Part shown: one piece after another, positions 19,529-28,434 of the stretch
Position numbering within the stretch: position 1 is the first letter of the stretch
How the letters are laid out: every line of letters starts with the position of its first letter
Virus record (IMG/VR): IMGVR_UViG_3300027704_000014
Location: 1-64,000 of that record
Source of the DNA: a virus
Length of the DNA stretch: 64,000 nucleotides
Direction: 5' to 3' (one strand)
The notes under the pieces: generated by a model
Seen by the model: the letters and a program-made list of their open reading frames with translations, nothing else
Databases searched by the model: none
What the model was told of the DNA's origin: nothing
Program-made: the position numbers and the translations under genes

Positions 19529-19557
19529 TTGACTAGCAATGGTTTTTGTAGTATACT
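19529..19557 (+). promoter_or_regulatory. sigma70-like promoter
   Basis: TTGACT-17 nt-TATACT. Confidence 0.6.
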
Positions 19558-19590
19558 AGCTACTAAAGATGTATTTAAGGACGTAAAAGC

Positions 19591-19722
19591 GTGAAAATAA
19601 AAATAGAATTAGAAATTGACACCAGAGAAGATCTCAATGAGATACAGGATCTAGTTGACTTAGTTACAGAATTTAAAGAAAAGCTAGTAGCAATGAGTGA
19701 AAGCGAATACTACAATGATTGA
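19591..19722 (+). CDS. Small hypothetical protein (43 aa)
   Basis: GTG start with AAGGA SD; MKIKIELEIDTREDL... Confidence 0.5.
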   Translation: MKIKIELEIDTREDLNEIQDLVDLVTEFKEKLVAMSESEYYND

Positions 19723-19915
19723 TATCCTTTACTTCATAGTTGGATTAATCATATGCGTAATAGGTATGATGATTGTGTGGGAGAGCAGTGTAATGCTAAC
19801 CGAGCGTAATAAACTGCGAAAGATCACAGGCCAATACTATGACTTTGATATTGATGAAAAGTTGAAAGAAATGGGATTAACTAGAGAACAAGCATTGAAG
19901 CATTTTAATGATTGA
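19715..19915 (+). CDS. Small membrane protein
   Basis: N-terminal TM helix. Confidence 0.5.
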   Translation: MIDILYFIVGLIICVIGMMIVWESSVMLTERNKLRKITGQYYDFDIDEKLKEMGLTREQALKHFND

Positions 19916-20012
19916 ATTATTAGTATGGTTTATCTTCACGTTTGCATGGGCGGCATATGGTACGCATGTAATAAGAGAGTTTATAAAGCATAATCGGAAC
20001 GTATTAAAATGA
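19908..20012 (+). CDS. Tiny membrane peptide (34 aa)
   Basis: MIELLVWFIFTFAWAAYG...; overlapping start/stop coupling. Confidence 0.4.
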   Translation: MIELLVWFIFTFAWAAYGTHVIREFIKHNRNVLK

Positions 20013-20107
20013 ACAAACAAGATAAAAATTTATTAATTAACTATTCGCCGTTGCTAATTGTAGCGGTGATTATGATATCCTTGCTGTGGGCACAACAAGC
20101 AGGATGA
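20009..20107 (+). CDS. Tiny membrane peptide (32 aa)
   Basis: ATGA overlap; YSPLLIVAVIMISLLWA. Confidence 0.4.
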   Translation: MNKQDKNLLINYSPLLIVAVIMISLLWAQQAG

Positions 20108-20197
20108 AAGAACATAGTCCATATGGGCATGTAGTTTTGAAGGAAGTACCTTTAGAATTTAACAACGAAGGTAAGACTTCAAAAAGAGGAAGATAGA

Positions 20198-20395
20198 ATG
20201 GCAACAGGAAAAGTAAAATGGTTTGATTCAACCAAAGGGTTTGGATTTATAGCACCGACTGACGGAACAGCAGATGTGTTTGCACATCACACAGCAATCC
20301 AAGGTGATGGTTACAAATCGTTAGCTGAAAACCAAGAAGTTACATATGATGTAATTCAAGGCGATAAAGGCTTACAAGCAACTAATATTGTTTAA
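20198..20395 (+). CDS. cspA: Cold-shock protein
   Basis: GKVKWFD..KGFGFI (RNP1) and DVFAHH (RNP2). Confidence 0.95.
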   Translation: MATGKVKWFDSTKGFGFIAPTDGTADVFAHHTAIQGDGYKSLAENQEVTYDVIQGDKGLQATNIV

Positions 20396-20403
20396 GGAAT
20401 AGT

Positions 20404-20787
20404 ATGAGAAGTATCTGGGTAACATTTAGTAAAGAAGGTATACATAAGTATCCTGCGGCATTAACTGATCCTAACTTGGCGACTGGCGACGAGTACGACG
20501 TCAGTTTCCTAGGCTATCCGCATAGACACACATTCCACTTTAAAGTGTGGATTGAAGTGTTCCATGATGATAGAGATATAGAGTTCATACAATTTAAAAG
20601 ATGGTTGGAGAAACTGTATGGAAATGCAGAACTCCAACTAGATTATAAATCTTGCGAGATGATCGCAGAGGACTTAGCGAAAGAGATTAACGAACGTTAT
20701 CCTAATCGCTGGGTAAGGATTTCAGTAGCCGAAGATAATGAAAACGGCTGTGAAATGGAATGGGAATTTGGTCGTATTAACGGCTAA
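20404..20787 (+). CDS. QueD-paralog T-fold protein (DpdL-like candidate CDG decarboxylase)
   Basis: GIHKYP, LGYPHRHTF (LxxxHRHxF), SCEMIA and VAEDNENG motifs. Confidence 0.7.
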   Translation: MRSIWVTFSKEGIHKYPAALTDPNLATGDEYDVSFLGYPHRHTFHFKVWIEVFHDDRDIEFIQFKRWLEKLYGNAELQLDYKSCEMIAEDLAKEINERYPNRWVRISVAEDNENGCEMEWEFGRING

Positions 20788-20814
20788 ACCCTATAACAAC
20801 AACAGGAGAATAAA

Positions 20815-20994
20815 ATGACAGAAACTCATTTACAAATAAAAGCGGCATTAGAAACATACCTTGCTGAGAACGATAAGTTCGAAAACAATGGTGTTAAAGC
20901 ATCAGCCGCAAGAGCACGTGGTGCATTGATGGACTTAACTAAACTTGCTAAAGCAAGACGTGGTGAAATCCAAGACAAAAAGAACGCAATGTAA
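20815..20994 (+). CDS. Histone H1-like / Hc1-like nucleoid protein (59 aa, not in ORF track)
   Basis: KFENNGVKASAARARGALMDLTKLAKARR; AGGAG SD. Confidence 0.7.
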   Translation: MTETHLQIKAALETYLAENDKFENNGVKASAARARGALMDLTKLAKARRGEIQDKKNAM

Positions 20995-21041
20995 TTTGTG
21001 TTCTTTGAGAGCAGAACGACCAATTTATTAACGAGACAACT

Positions 21042-21197
21042 ATGCCTAGCAAAAAATCGAAAAAATCAGTAGTAAATGATAAAAAACTTCTAAATACTGA
21101 TGCTGGAGGTTTATCAGACAAAGTAACGCAAGTTGTTGATTATGGTGAAATCCCTAGCAATACTCCACCAACACCGGAGAAGGAAACAAAGAAATGA
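21042..21197 (+). CDS. Small hypothetical protein (51 aa)
   Basis: ATGA overlap with the downstream glycosyltransferase. Confidence 0.35.
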   Translation: MPSKKSKKSVVNDKKLLNTDAGGLSDKVTQVVDYGEIPSNTPPTPEKETKK

Positions 21198-22390
21198 GAA
21201 AACTATTTTATATGGGTTTAGAGAGTTACGAGGCTCGCTACACTTTACAACTACAAGATTGGAACGAAAGAGTATTCAATCACCGCGGACTTGACTATGA
21301 AGTCATTGTCGGTGACGAGTTAGATAACAGTAAAGCTATTGTAACAGGTAGTGTGTTAGATGCTCATGGACGTTCATATTATAGTTTATCACAGACTATG
21401 GACCTTGTTCAAAAGATGAAGAATGGAGAGCTTACTAGTGATGATGTTATCTTTTATGAAGATATGTTTACACCAGGACTAGAGTGTTTACCGTACATCA
21501 TGGATCAATCCCCACCAGAATATAGACCCAAAGTGTTTGTTAGATTCTTAGCACAAACAACTGACCCAGACGACTTCTTAATTAGAGAAGGTATGTTTGA
21601 ATGGATGCGTAAGTACGAACAGATGCTAGATAAATTTGTATCTGGTATTTGCGTAGCCTCTGAAGAGTTTGTTGCACATCTAAGGATTGCAGGATTCAAG
21701 GCACCAATCTATGTTACAGGTTTACCATATGGTAAAGAAGAAGTACAAGAACGTGTACCAGAACTTAAAACTCTCATTACTAGAACTAGACGTGTTGGCT
21801 TTGCCGCTCGTTGGGATGATGAGAAGCAACCTCACTTTTATATGGACTTAGCAGAATCGTATTATAAAGTAGACCCTAGTGTAGAGTTTGCTATATTTTG
21901 CGGCCACCCAGAACTAAAGAGTAATGACCAAGCGTATGTAGATCGTGCCATGGCATTACAAGAGGGTAATACAGCAAACTTTAAAGTTTATACAGGACTT
22001 AAGAAGAATGATTATTACAACTACTTAGCAGATAGCCAGGTGTTGTTTAATTGTGCTTTACAGGACTGGGTAAGCAATACAGTAAGCGAAGCAGACACCA
22101 TGGGTACTTTAACACTATATCCAGCATATAGAAGTTTCCCAGAAGTATTTGCTAACAACGGTAACCATTTATATGTACCATGGAGTATCGATGACGCACA
22201 GGAAAAGTTGACTAAGATGTTTAATTCAATTGACAACAACGACCTATTAGCGTATAATATCGGTAAGATAAGTGATTACCAAAATGGAACTATTGACCGT
22301 ACAATAGATGTATTAGAAGGCAATGGTGAACAATGGGCGAGAAACGATTGGGGTTTCCGTAAACATGTAGCAAAGGCAAAATATGAATAA
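21194..22390 (+). CDS. GT-B (GT4-like) glycosyltransferase
   Basis: GFAARWDDEKQP, and a C-terminal nucleotide-sugar binding region (CALQDWVSNTVSEA...PAYRSFPEV). Confidence 0.75.
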   Translation: MRKLFYMGLESYEARYTLQLQDWNERVFNHRGLDYEVIVGDELDNSKAIVTGSVLDAHGRSYYSLSQTMDLVQKMKNGELTSDDVIFYEDMFTPGLECLPYIMDQSPPEYRPKVFVRFLAQTTDPDDFLIREGMFEWMRKYEQMLDKFVSGICVASEEFVAHLRIAGFKAPIYVTGLPYGKEEVQERVPELKTLITRTRRVGFAARWDDEKQPHFYMDLAESYYKVDPSVEFAIFCGHPELKSNDQAYVDRAMALQEGNTANFKVYTGLKKNDYYNYLADSQVLFNCALQDWVSNTVSEADTMGTLTLYPAYRSFPEVFANNGNHLYVPWSIDDAQEKLTKMFNSIDNNDLLAYNIGKISDYQNGTIDRTIDVLEGNGEQWARNDWGFRKHVAKAKYE

Positions 22391-23357
22391 AAGTAACGCA
22401 GAAGCGAAAACAGTATTAGTAACAGGTGGTAGTGGATACATAGGTGGCATGGTATGTCGCTTACTTGTAGCCGCAGGACACAATGTTATAAATGTAGACC
22501 GGGTCAAGAAGGAAATACCCGGAGTAACACAATACCCATTTGATTTAAACAATCATCAAATGAAAGGTGTTATTAATCTAACAAAACCTGATTCAATTAT
22601 GCACTTTGCAGCTGACCATGAGGTTGGACGCAGTGTAACAGACCCAGGTGTATTTTACGGCAACAACGTAGCAAACACAATTAACTTGATTAATAATGCA
22701 GTTGAAGCTGGCGTTAAGAAATTTATATTTAGTAGTTCAAGTTCAGTGTATGGAGACATACAAAACTTTCCTACTACTGAAGACACTGCAACCAATCCTA
22801 TAAGTGCATACGGACTTACTAAGAAGATGGTTGAGGATATGCTACCTGACTATGATAGAGCATACGGAATGAAGTTTGTGAACTTACGATACTTTAATGC
22901 CGCAGGTGCAGCACCAGATAATACACACGGGTATGTACAAAACCCAGCAAGTCATTTAGTGCCTATTATTGCTAGAGCAATTATTAAACAGGAACCAATC
23001 CAAGTGTTTGGTAACGACTACGACACCGATGACGGTACTTGTGAAAGAGACTATACTCATGTGTTTGACATTGCTACAGCACATTTAGCCGCACTTAACT
23101 ATTTAGATGACAAAGGTACTAGTAATACATTTAACTTAGGGCAGTCTAGTCCTAATAGTGTAATGCAAGTAATTGAAGCATTCGAACGTGTAACAGGTGA
23201 GAAGGTAAACTACGAAGTAGTTGATAGACGTGCAGGTGATCCACCTAAGACGTATGCTGACATCACTAAGGCTAGAGATGAACTAGGCTGGAGTCCAATC
23301 TACGGATTAGATGAGATAGTCGCACATTCATTCGAGTGGGAGAAGAAGCAGAAGTGA
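22383..23357 (+). CDS. galE: UDP-glucose 4-epimerase
   Basis: LVTGGSGYIG, FSSSSSVYG, YGLTK, LRYFNAAGA and DGTCERDYTHV motifs. Confidence 0.92.
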   Translation: MNKSNAEAKTVLVTGGSGYIGGMVCRLLVAAGHNVINVDRVKKEIPGVTQYPFDLNNHQMKGVINLTKPDSIMHFAADHEVGRSVTDPGVFYGNNVANTINLINNAVEAGVKKFIFSSSSSVYGDIQNFPTTEDTATNPISAYGLTKKMVEDMLPDYDRAYGMKFVNLRYFNAAGAAPDNTHGYVQNPASHLVPIIARAIIKQEPIQVFGNDYDTDDGTCERDYTHVFDIATAHLAALNYLDDKGTSNTFNLGQSSPNSVMQVIEAFERVTGEKVNYEVVDRRAGDPPKTYADITKARDELGWSPIYGLDEIVAHSFEWEKKQK

Positions 23358-23839
23358 AGTTATTTTATGACTACGAAACACTAACTGGTGACTTACAACA
23401 TATTGTTAGAGATATGTCCGTTGCACAGTACAAGCCAGATGTTATAATTGGACCTGGCAGAGGTGCATACTTCCCAGGCGTTATGCTTAGTCATTACTTT
23501 GATGTACCATTTGAAGGATTCAGGTGGCAATTAAGAGATGGCGAGTTACAAGACGAAAGCACATTGCGACACATCTTAGACAAGCACCAACATGATAAGA
23601 TACTGTTAGTTGACGACATAAACGACACAGGTGCAACACTGTTAGGTATTGACGACTTTATATTTACATGGGCTGCACAGGAAATGGTAGACATTCAACT
23701 AAAATATGCTACACTACTTAGTAAGTCCACAAGCAGTTTTGAACAAGTAGATTTTTACGCAAGGGAACTAACTCCGGATTACGATCCATGGGTAGTTTTT
23801 CCTTACGAACAATGGTGGAACTTTAAGGAAACAAAATGA
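23354..23839 (+). CDS. Purine phosphoribosyltransferase (Gpt-like)
   Basis: IIGPGRGA, ILLVDDINDTGATL (PRPP motif), WVVFPYE; GTGA overlap with galE. Confidence 0.85.
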   Translation: MKLFYDYETLTGDLQHIVRDMSVAQYKPDVIIGPGRGAYFPGVMLSHYFDVPFEGFRWQLRDGELQDESTLRHILDKHQHDKILLVDDINDTGATLLGIDDFIFTWAAQEMVDIQLKYATLLSKSTSSFEQVDFYARELTPDYDPWVVFPYEQWWNFKETK

Positions 23840-24048
23840 ATACAAAAAAGACAGCAAAAATTCGTAAAACAGTATATGCTGGCAACGGTAGTGGTGGACC
23901 AGATATGGTATATGTGGTAGACCTTTTTCAAGGAAACAAACTAATGGAAAGTAGAACATTACTAGGCAAAAGTATTCACTATGCTGAAGATGTTGCTGAA
24001 AATTGGGAAACAGGAATAATTAAACTAAACAAGACATCCTCGTCTTAA
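23836..24048 (+). CDS. Hypothetical protein
   Basis: KSIHYAEDVAENW-type small phage protein. Confidence 0.55.
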   Translation: MNTKKTAKIRKTVYAGNGSGGPDMVYVVDLFQGNKLMESRTLLGKSIHYAEDVAENWETGIIKLNKTSSS

Positions 24049-24061
24049 ACTCGGAGAAGAA

Positions 24062-24751
24062 ATGAAAAAGCATGAAGAAGTAATCAAACGATTACAAGAT
24101 AGTAACACTCGTTACTGGGCAGGAGATAACATCTCAGAACACCTCAAAGAAGGTGATCAAGAATTACTAATTGACGAAGCAACCGAAGCATTCGAAGGTG
24201 TACTAGATGCACTAGTTATTGATAGATTCAATGATCCGAATAGTCACGGAACAGCAAGACGGTTAGCAAAGATGTACTACAAGGAAATTATGGAAGGGCG
24301 TTATGTTGGTATGCCTAATGCAACAGCATTTCCTAATCATCTAGATGATGGTTATAAAGGCATGCTGGTTGTGCGTAGTGAACTTAAAAGTATGTGTTCA
24401 CATCACCATCAACCAGTGACTGGTGTAGCATACATCGGTATCATTGCCGCGGAGAAACTAATTGGCCTAAGCAAGTACACAAGAATAGCACAATGGTGTG
24501 CTAGGCGTGGTACATTACAAGAAGAACTATGTAATGATATTACTAGGGAGATACAGAGGGCTACTGGTTCAGAGAATGTAGGTGTTTATATTCAAGCAAC
24601 GCATGGTTGTTGTGAGAATAGAGGCATTATGGCTACTAGTAGTTTAACACAAACAACTGTACTAGAAGGGTTCTTTAAAACAGATCCTGGTACCAAGAAG
24701 GAATTTATGGATAACATTCATTTACAACAACAACATGCGTGTGGTAAGTAA
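24062..24751 (+). CDS. folE: GTP cyclohydrolase I
   Basis: SMCSHHHQP, IGLSKYTRI, LQEEL and HGCCENRG motifs. Confidence 0.95.
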   Translation: MKKHEEVIKRLQDSNTRYWAGDNISEHLKEGDQELLIDEATEAFEGVLDALVIDRFNDPNSHGTARRLAKMYYKEIMEGRYVGMPNATAFPNHLDDGYKGMLVVRSELKSMCSHHHQPVTGVAYIGIIAAEKLIGLSKYTRIAQWCARRGTLQEELCNDITREIQRATGSENVGVYIQATHGCCENRGIMATSSLTQTTVLEGFFKTDPGTKKEFMDNIHLQQQHACGK

Positions 24752-25254
24752 TGGGAATAGAAACTAGAGGTAATGATAACTTATTAGTTATTGCAGGCTC
24801 GGCAGTATTAGTCGACGATGTTGGTGATGCAGTTTTAGACAGACAAAACTTAGACTGGATCTGTAAAAGATTTCCAATAACAGTAGACGAAGTATTCCAG
24901 TGTGTTGAAGTACTAGCGGATTCTAACACCCAATACAAAGACGGTATTACTCTAATCAATAGAGGCGATGATAAAGACATCCTACTTGAAACCATTAGCG
25001 TTAACGAAACACTTTTCTTTGGGCTACTAGATTACGGACACAGTATTAAACCGGGCTGTTTAGACTTTGATATAATTTACAATACAGGACTCGTAAAGGT
25101 TATCGAAGACATATACTTTGATCTTAAGGCTGATGCAAATCACTATGAAGTAAGCGAATTACATGAATGTGTGTATCAAGCTATACGACAAGAGATAGGC
25201 GACATTGAACCAGATGTAATATTAAATTCAATTAACAATGGCGGAATGGATTAA
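24751..25254 (+). CDS. Hypothetical protein (N-terminus weakly DUF433-like)
   Basis: 167 aa ORF coupled to folE. Confidence 0.5.
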   Translation: MGIETRGNDNLLVIAGSAVLVDDVGDAVLDRQNLDWICKRFPITVDEVFQCVEVLADSNTQYKDGITLINRGDDKDILLETISVNETLFFGLLDYGHSIKPGCLDFDIIYNTGLVKVIEDIYFDLKADANHYEVSELHECVYQAIRQEIGDIEPDVILNSINNGGMD

Positions 25255-25577
25255 TGGCAAACACAGAAACACAATTAATGATCGAACGCACTCACGATAT
25301 TAGACAATGGCACAGAGACCGTAATCTAATTGATGGTGCAACAGACAAAGATCAACTAGCAAAACTTATCCAAGAGATGGGTGAACTAAGTGATAACATC
25401 TGTAAGCAACGTGATGTCAAAGATGATATTGGAGATATGATTGTTGTACTAATAAACATTGCAGAACGCAATAATGTTAGTATTACAGAATGCCTGGACC
25501 AAGCATACAACGATATCAAAGACCGTAAAGGTAAAATGATAGACGGTGTGTTTGTAAAAGAAAGTGATAATGTCTAA
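25254..25577 (+). CDS. MazG-like nucleotide pyrophosphohydrolase
   Basis: KLIQEMGEL...KDDIGDMIVVL...AYNDIKDRKG. Confidence 0.85.
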   Translation: MANTETQLMIERTHDIRQWHRDRNLIDGATDKDQLAKLIQEMGELSDNICKQRDVKDDIGDMIVVLINIAERNNVSITECLDQAYNDIKDRKGKMIDGVFVKESDNV

Positions 25578-25947
25578 TGAACTGCTGGTGATCAACCTAC
25601 TTACTTGCTTAATGGCTAAGCATATTATTGCTGATTACTTTATGCAATACAGTTGGATGATGAAGGACAAAGCCATATATGGCGGTCCAGGTGGTGTAGC
25701 TCATGCTGGTTACCACGGTACACTAACTTTTGTAGTATTAGAGTTATTCAGTACAGGATGGCCAATATCGCTGGCACTAGCAATAGCAGATGCAGTTTTA
25801 CATTATCATATAGATTATGTTAAAAGTAATGTATGGAAGAGCAGAGGGTACGGTCCACAGGATCAAATGTATTGGGTAACACATGGCGTCGACCAGTTTG
25901 CTCATTTTTTAACTTACATAGGAATTGTATTATGGATAATGTTATAA
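25570..25947 (+). CDS. DUF3307-like membrane protein
   Basis: KHIIADYFMQ, H...H, HYHIDYVK and GVDQFAH motifs. Confidence 0.75.
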   Translation: MSNELLVINLLTCLMAKHIIADYFMQYSWMMKDKAIYGGPGGVAHAGYHGTLTFVVLELFSTGWPISLALAIADAVLHYHIDYVKSNVWKSRGYGPQDQMYWVTHGVDQFAHFLTYIGIVLWIML

Positions 25948-26096
25948 GTATGAAAGAAGCACAAATGGAAAAGTTTGTACGCAGGCTACTAGACCCTGAA
26001 GGGTTTGGTCACGCAGTAACAGCAGAAGTCCGAGATGAAGCAAGAGTGCTATTAGGAATGAAGAAAGTGGAGACGGTAAAAATACAATGCTTGTAG
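25932..26096 (+). CDS. Small hypothetical protein
   Basis: LLDPEGFGHAVTAEVRDEAR. Confidence 0.5.
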   Translation: MDNVISMKEAQMEKFVRRLLDPEGFGHAVTAEVRDEARVLLGMKKVETVKIQCL

Positions 26097-26803
26097 AAAA
26101 AGTAATAAGTGTAACACACTACAGTGATAGGTTGTTTAGTTTTAAAACAACTCGTGATAAAAGTTTCCGTTTCAAGAACGGTGAGTTTGCTATGATTGGA
26201 TTGGATGTAGAGCCAAAGCCTATTTGGAGAGCATACAGCATTGTGAGTACTAACTACGATGACCATATTGAGTTTCTAAGTATTAAAGTAGAAGACGGTC
26301 CACTCACTAGTAAGTTACAGCTCATTGAAGTTGGTAGTGAAGTACTAATTAAGCCTAAGTGTACAGGTAGTTTGGTAATTGATTACCTTAAACCAACTAA
26401 GAACTTGGTAATGCTTTCAACAGGCACAGGCATTGCTCCTTTTATGAGCATTTGCAGAGACTTTGAAACATACGAAAAGTACGATAACATATTTTTGTTC
26501 CACACAGTTAGGAACAAGAACGAACTAGCATACAGACCAGAATTAGCACTACTAGAAACAGACCTACCATTCCTATACATAGACAGTGTTACCAGAGAAG
26601 ACTATCCACGCAAGGGCAGGTTTTGGGACCACATCGATGAGTTCATAGAAGGTGGACTTACACTAGGTCGAGATTCTGTTATGGTGTGTGGGTCAACAGA
26701 CCTAAATAAACAATGCAGAGCTATGTTTAAAGAACAAGGCTGGATTGAAGGCAATGTTGGCGAATCAGGCGACTTTATGCTTGAAAGAGCATTTGTAGAT
26801 TGA
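26087..26803 (+). CDS. fpr: Ferredoxin/flavodoxin-NADP+ reductase
   Basis: RAYSIVS, GPLTSKL, STGTGIAPF, MVCGS and ERAFVD motifs. Confidence 0.92.
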   Translation: MLVEKVISVTHYSDRLFSFKTTRDKSFRFKNGEFAMIGLDVEPKPIWRAYSIVSTNYDDHIEFLSIKVEDGPLTSKLQLIEVGSEVLIKPKCTGSLVIDYLKPTKNLVMLSTGTGIAPFMSICRDFETYEKYDNIFLFHTVRNKNELAYRPELALLETDLPFLYIDSVTREDYPRKGRFWDHIDEFIEGGLTLGRDSVMVCGSTDLNKQCRAMFKEQGWIEGNVGESGDFMLERAFVD

Positions 26804-26828
26804 CACGAGTATGAACATACTGTATAAT
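26800..26828 (+). promoter_or_regulatory. Consensus sigma70 promoter
   Basis: TTGACA-17 nt-TATAAT upstream of queE. Confidence 0.8.
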
Positions 26829-26854
26829 ACATACATTATTAAAGGCGAATATAC

Positions 26855-27775
26855 ATGAATTTAAAATATAGTGAAACATTCTATAGTCCACAAGGCGAAG
26901 GTGCGTATGTGGGCATTCCTAGTTTGTGGATACGTTTTTTCTTGTGTAACTTACAGTGTAACGGCTTTGGACAAGATGAGCCTACTAAGCCTGACACATG
27001 GGAACTGCCTTACGAGACTATAGACATCTCTGAGATTAAGGTAGTAGAAGAACTTCCTGTATTTGACAAAGGATGTGACAGTTCATATACATGGGCTAAG
27101 AAGTATAAGCATCTCATAACAGATCGTACTGTAGAGGAGGCTGTAGACGAGCTTACAGCGTTATTACCCACAAGTACATTCAAGCATGCTAGGACAGGAC
27201 AAAGTGCTGACATGGTGTTTACAGGCGGCGAGCCAATGCTTAAACAAGCACAACTAAGTATGGTTGCCATTATGCGTGAGTTTGCAAAGCGTGGTGATTG
27301 CCCTGCTAGAGTTACAGTAGAGACAAACGGAACTAAAGCTATACAAGCAGACTTAGTCGATCTAATAGACGACATGCACATTAGTTCAGAGTATGGTGGA
27401 ATTATACCTGATGAGAAATCCAATGATATTGAATGGTATTGGAGTGTTTCACCTAAACTGTGGACCACTGCCGGTGAGGTAAGTAAACGTGCAATAAGAC
27501 CTGAAATAGTCGCAGACTATGCTAAGGCAAGCAATAAAGGACAATTAAAATTCGTAGTAAACGGCTCCAGCGAGAGTTGGGACGAAGTAGAAGAACATAT
27601 ACTAGCATTTAGAGAAGCTGGTGTTACTTGGCCTGTATGGATTATGGGTGTTGGTGGTACTGTCGAGGGACTTAAGATGACAGAAGCTATTATTGCAGAT
27701 GAAGCTATACAACGTGGCTACTATTATACTAGTCGTGTCCATGCTCATATTTACGGAAATGCAATAGGAAAATAA
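26855..27775 (+). CDS. queE: 7-carboxy-7-deazaguanine synthase (radical SAM)
   Basis: ETFYSPQGEG, IRFFLCNLQC...GCDS, FTGGEP, VETNG, SVSPK and RVHAHIYG motifs. Confidence 0.9.
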   Translation: MNLKYSETFYSPQGEGAYVGIPSLWIRFFLCNLQCNGFGQDEPTKPDTWELPYETIDISEIKVVEELPVFDKGCDSSYTWAKKYKHLITDRTVEEAVDELTALLPTSTFKHARTGQSADMVFTGGEPMLKQAQLSMVAIMREFAKRGDCPARVTVETNGTKAIQADLVDLIDDMHISSEYGGIIPDEKSNDIEWYWSVSPKLWTTAGEVSKRAIRPEIVADYAKASNKGQLKFVVNGSSESWDEVEEHILAFREAGVTWPVWIMGVGGTVEGLKMTEAIIADEAIQRGYYYTSRVHAHIYGNAIGK

Positions 27776-27776
27776 T

Positions 27777-27926
27777 ATGTATCCATGTAATATATGCGGA
27801 AAGAAACTACACGGTACAGATATAAAGTATCACACAGCCGATCAAACTAAAGTATTTTGCGGCGCTGAATGCAGTTTAAAATACTACACACATTTAAGAG
27901 AGGAAAAGAATGAAGAAGAAAACTAA
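27777..27926 (+). CDS. Small zinc-ribbon (TRASH-like) protein, 49 aa
   Basis: CNICG...FCGAEC. Confidence 0.55.
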   Translation: MYPCNICGKKLHGTDIKYHTADQTKVFCGAECSLKYYTHLREEKNEEEN

Positions 27927-28434
27927 AATACCGTTTGGTATGATACCAGCAAGTTGGGGTCTCAAAGGTAAGTCTAGGCTTATAGCAGAGGCTGAATATT
28001 ATTACGAAGGTTCCGACTTAGAAAAGCAATTAGCCTTAATTGATGTTGACAATGAAGTCGACGGACAGGTTGCTGAGTTAGAGATCGATCTTAAAAATGA
28101 GAAGATTGGCAAGGTTGAGTTTGAAAAGAAGGTTGCTAATCTAAAAGAAGAACCTTGGGTAAATGTATTAGAGTTAGGTGTAAATCCTGAGAACGCCCAA
28201 GCAGGCTATATTGAACTAGACTGGAACGATCACTTTATTGAGATGTTACATAACAACGGTTATACTGCTGCAAACGATGAAGAGATTGTGAACAAATGGT
28301 TTAATGACGTATGCAGAACTGTACTAGTACAAGAAAATGCAGACTTAGACTTTGGGTTACAAGAAACAGATCCAGCTGGTACAGGAGCAACTGATGTCGT
28401 CGTTAGAGCAGACAGCAAAGACCAAACTGATTAA
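27910..28434 (+). CDS. Hypothetical protein
   Basis: 174 aa, EPWVNV...ELDWNDHF...KWFNDVC. Confidence 0.6.
   Translation: MKKKTKIPFGMIPASWGLKGKSRLIAEAEYYYEGSDLEKQLALIDVDNEVDGQVAELEIDLKNEKIGKVEFEKKVANLKEEPWVNVLELGVNPENAQAGYIELDWNDHFIEMLHNNGYTAANDEEIVNKWFNDVCRTVLVQENADLDFGLQETDPAGTGATDVVVRADSKDQTD

Noticed and set aside
24020-24061. preQ1-I or THF-II riboswitch before folE
   Set aside because: The loop is too short and the A-rich tail and consensus nucleotides are absent; kept only as an unclassified hairpin.
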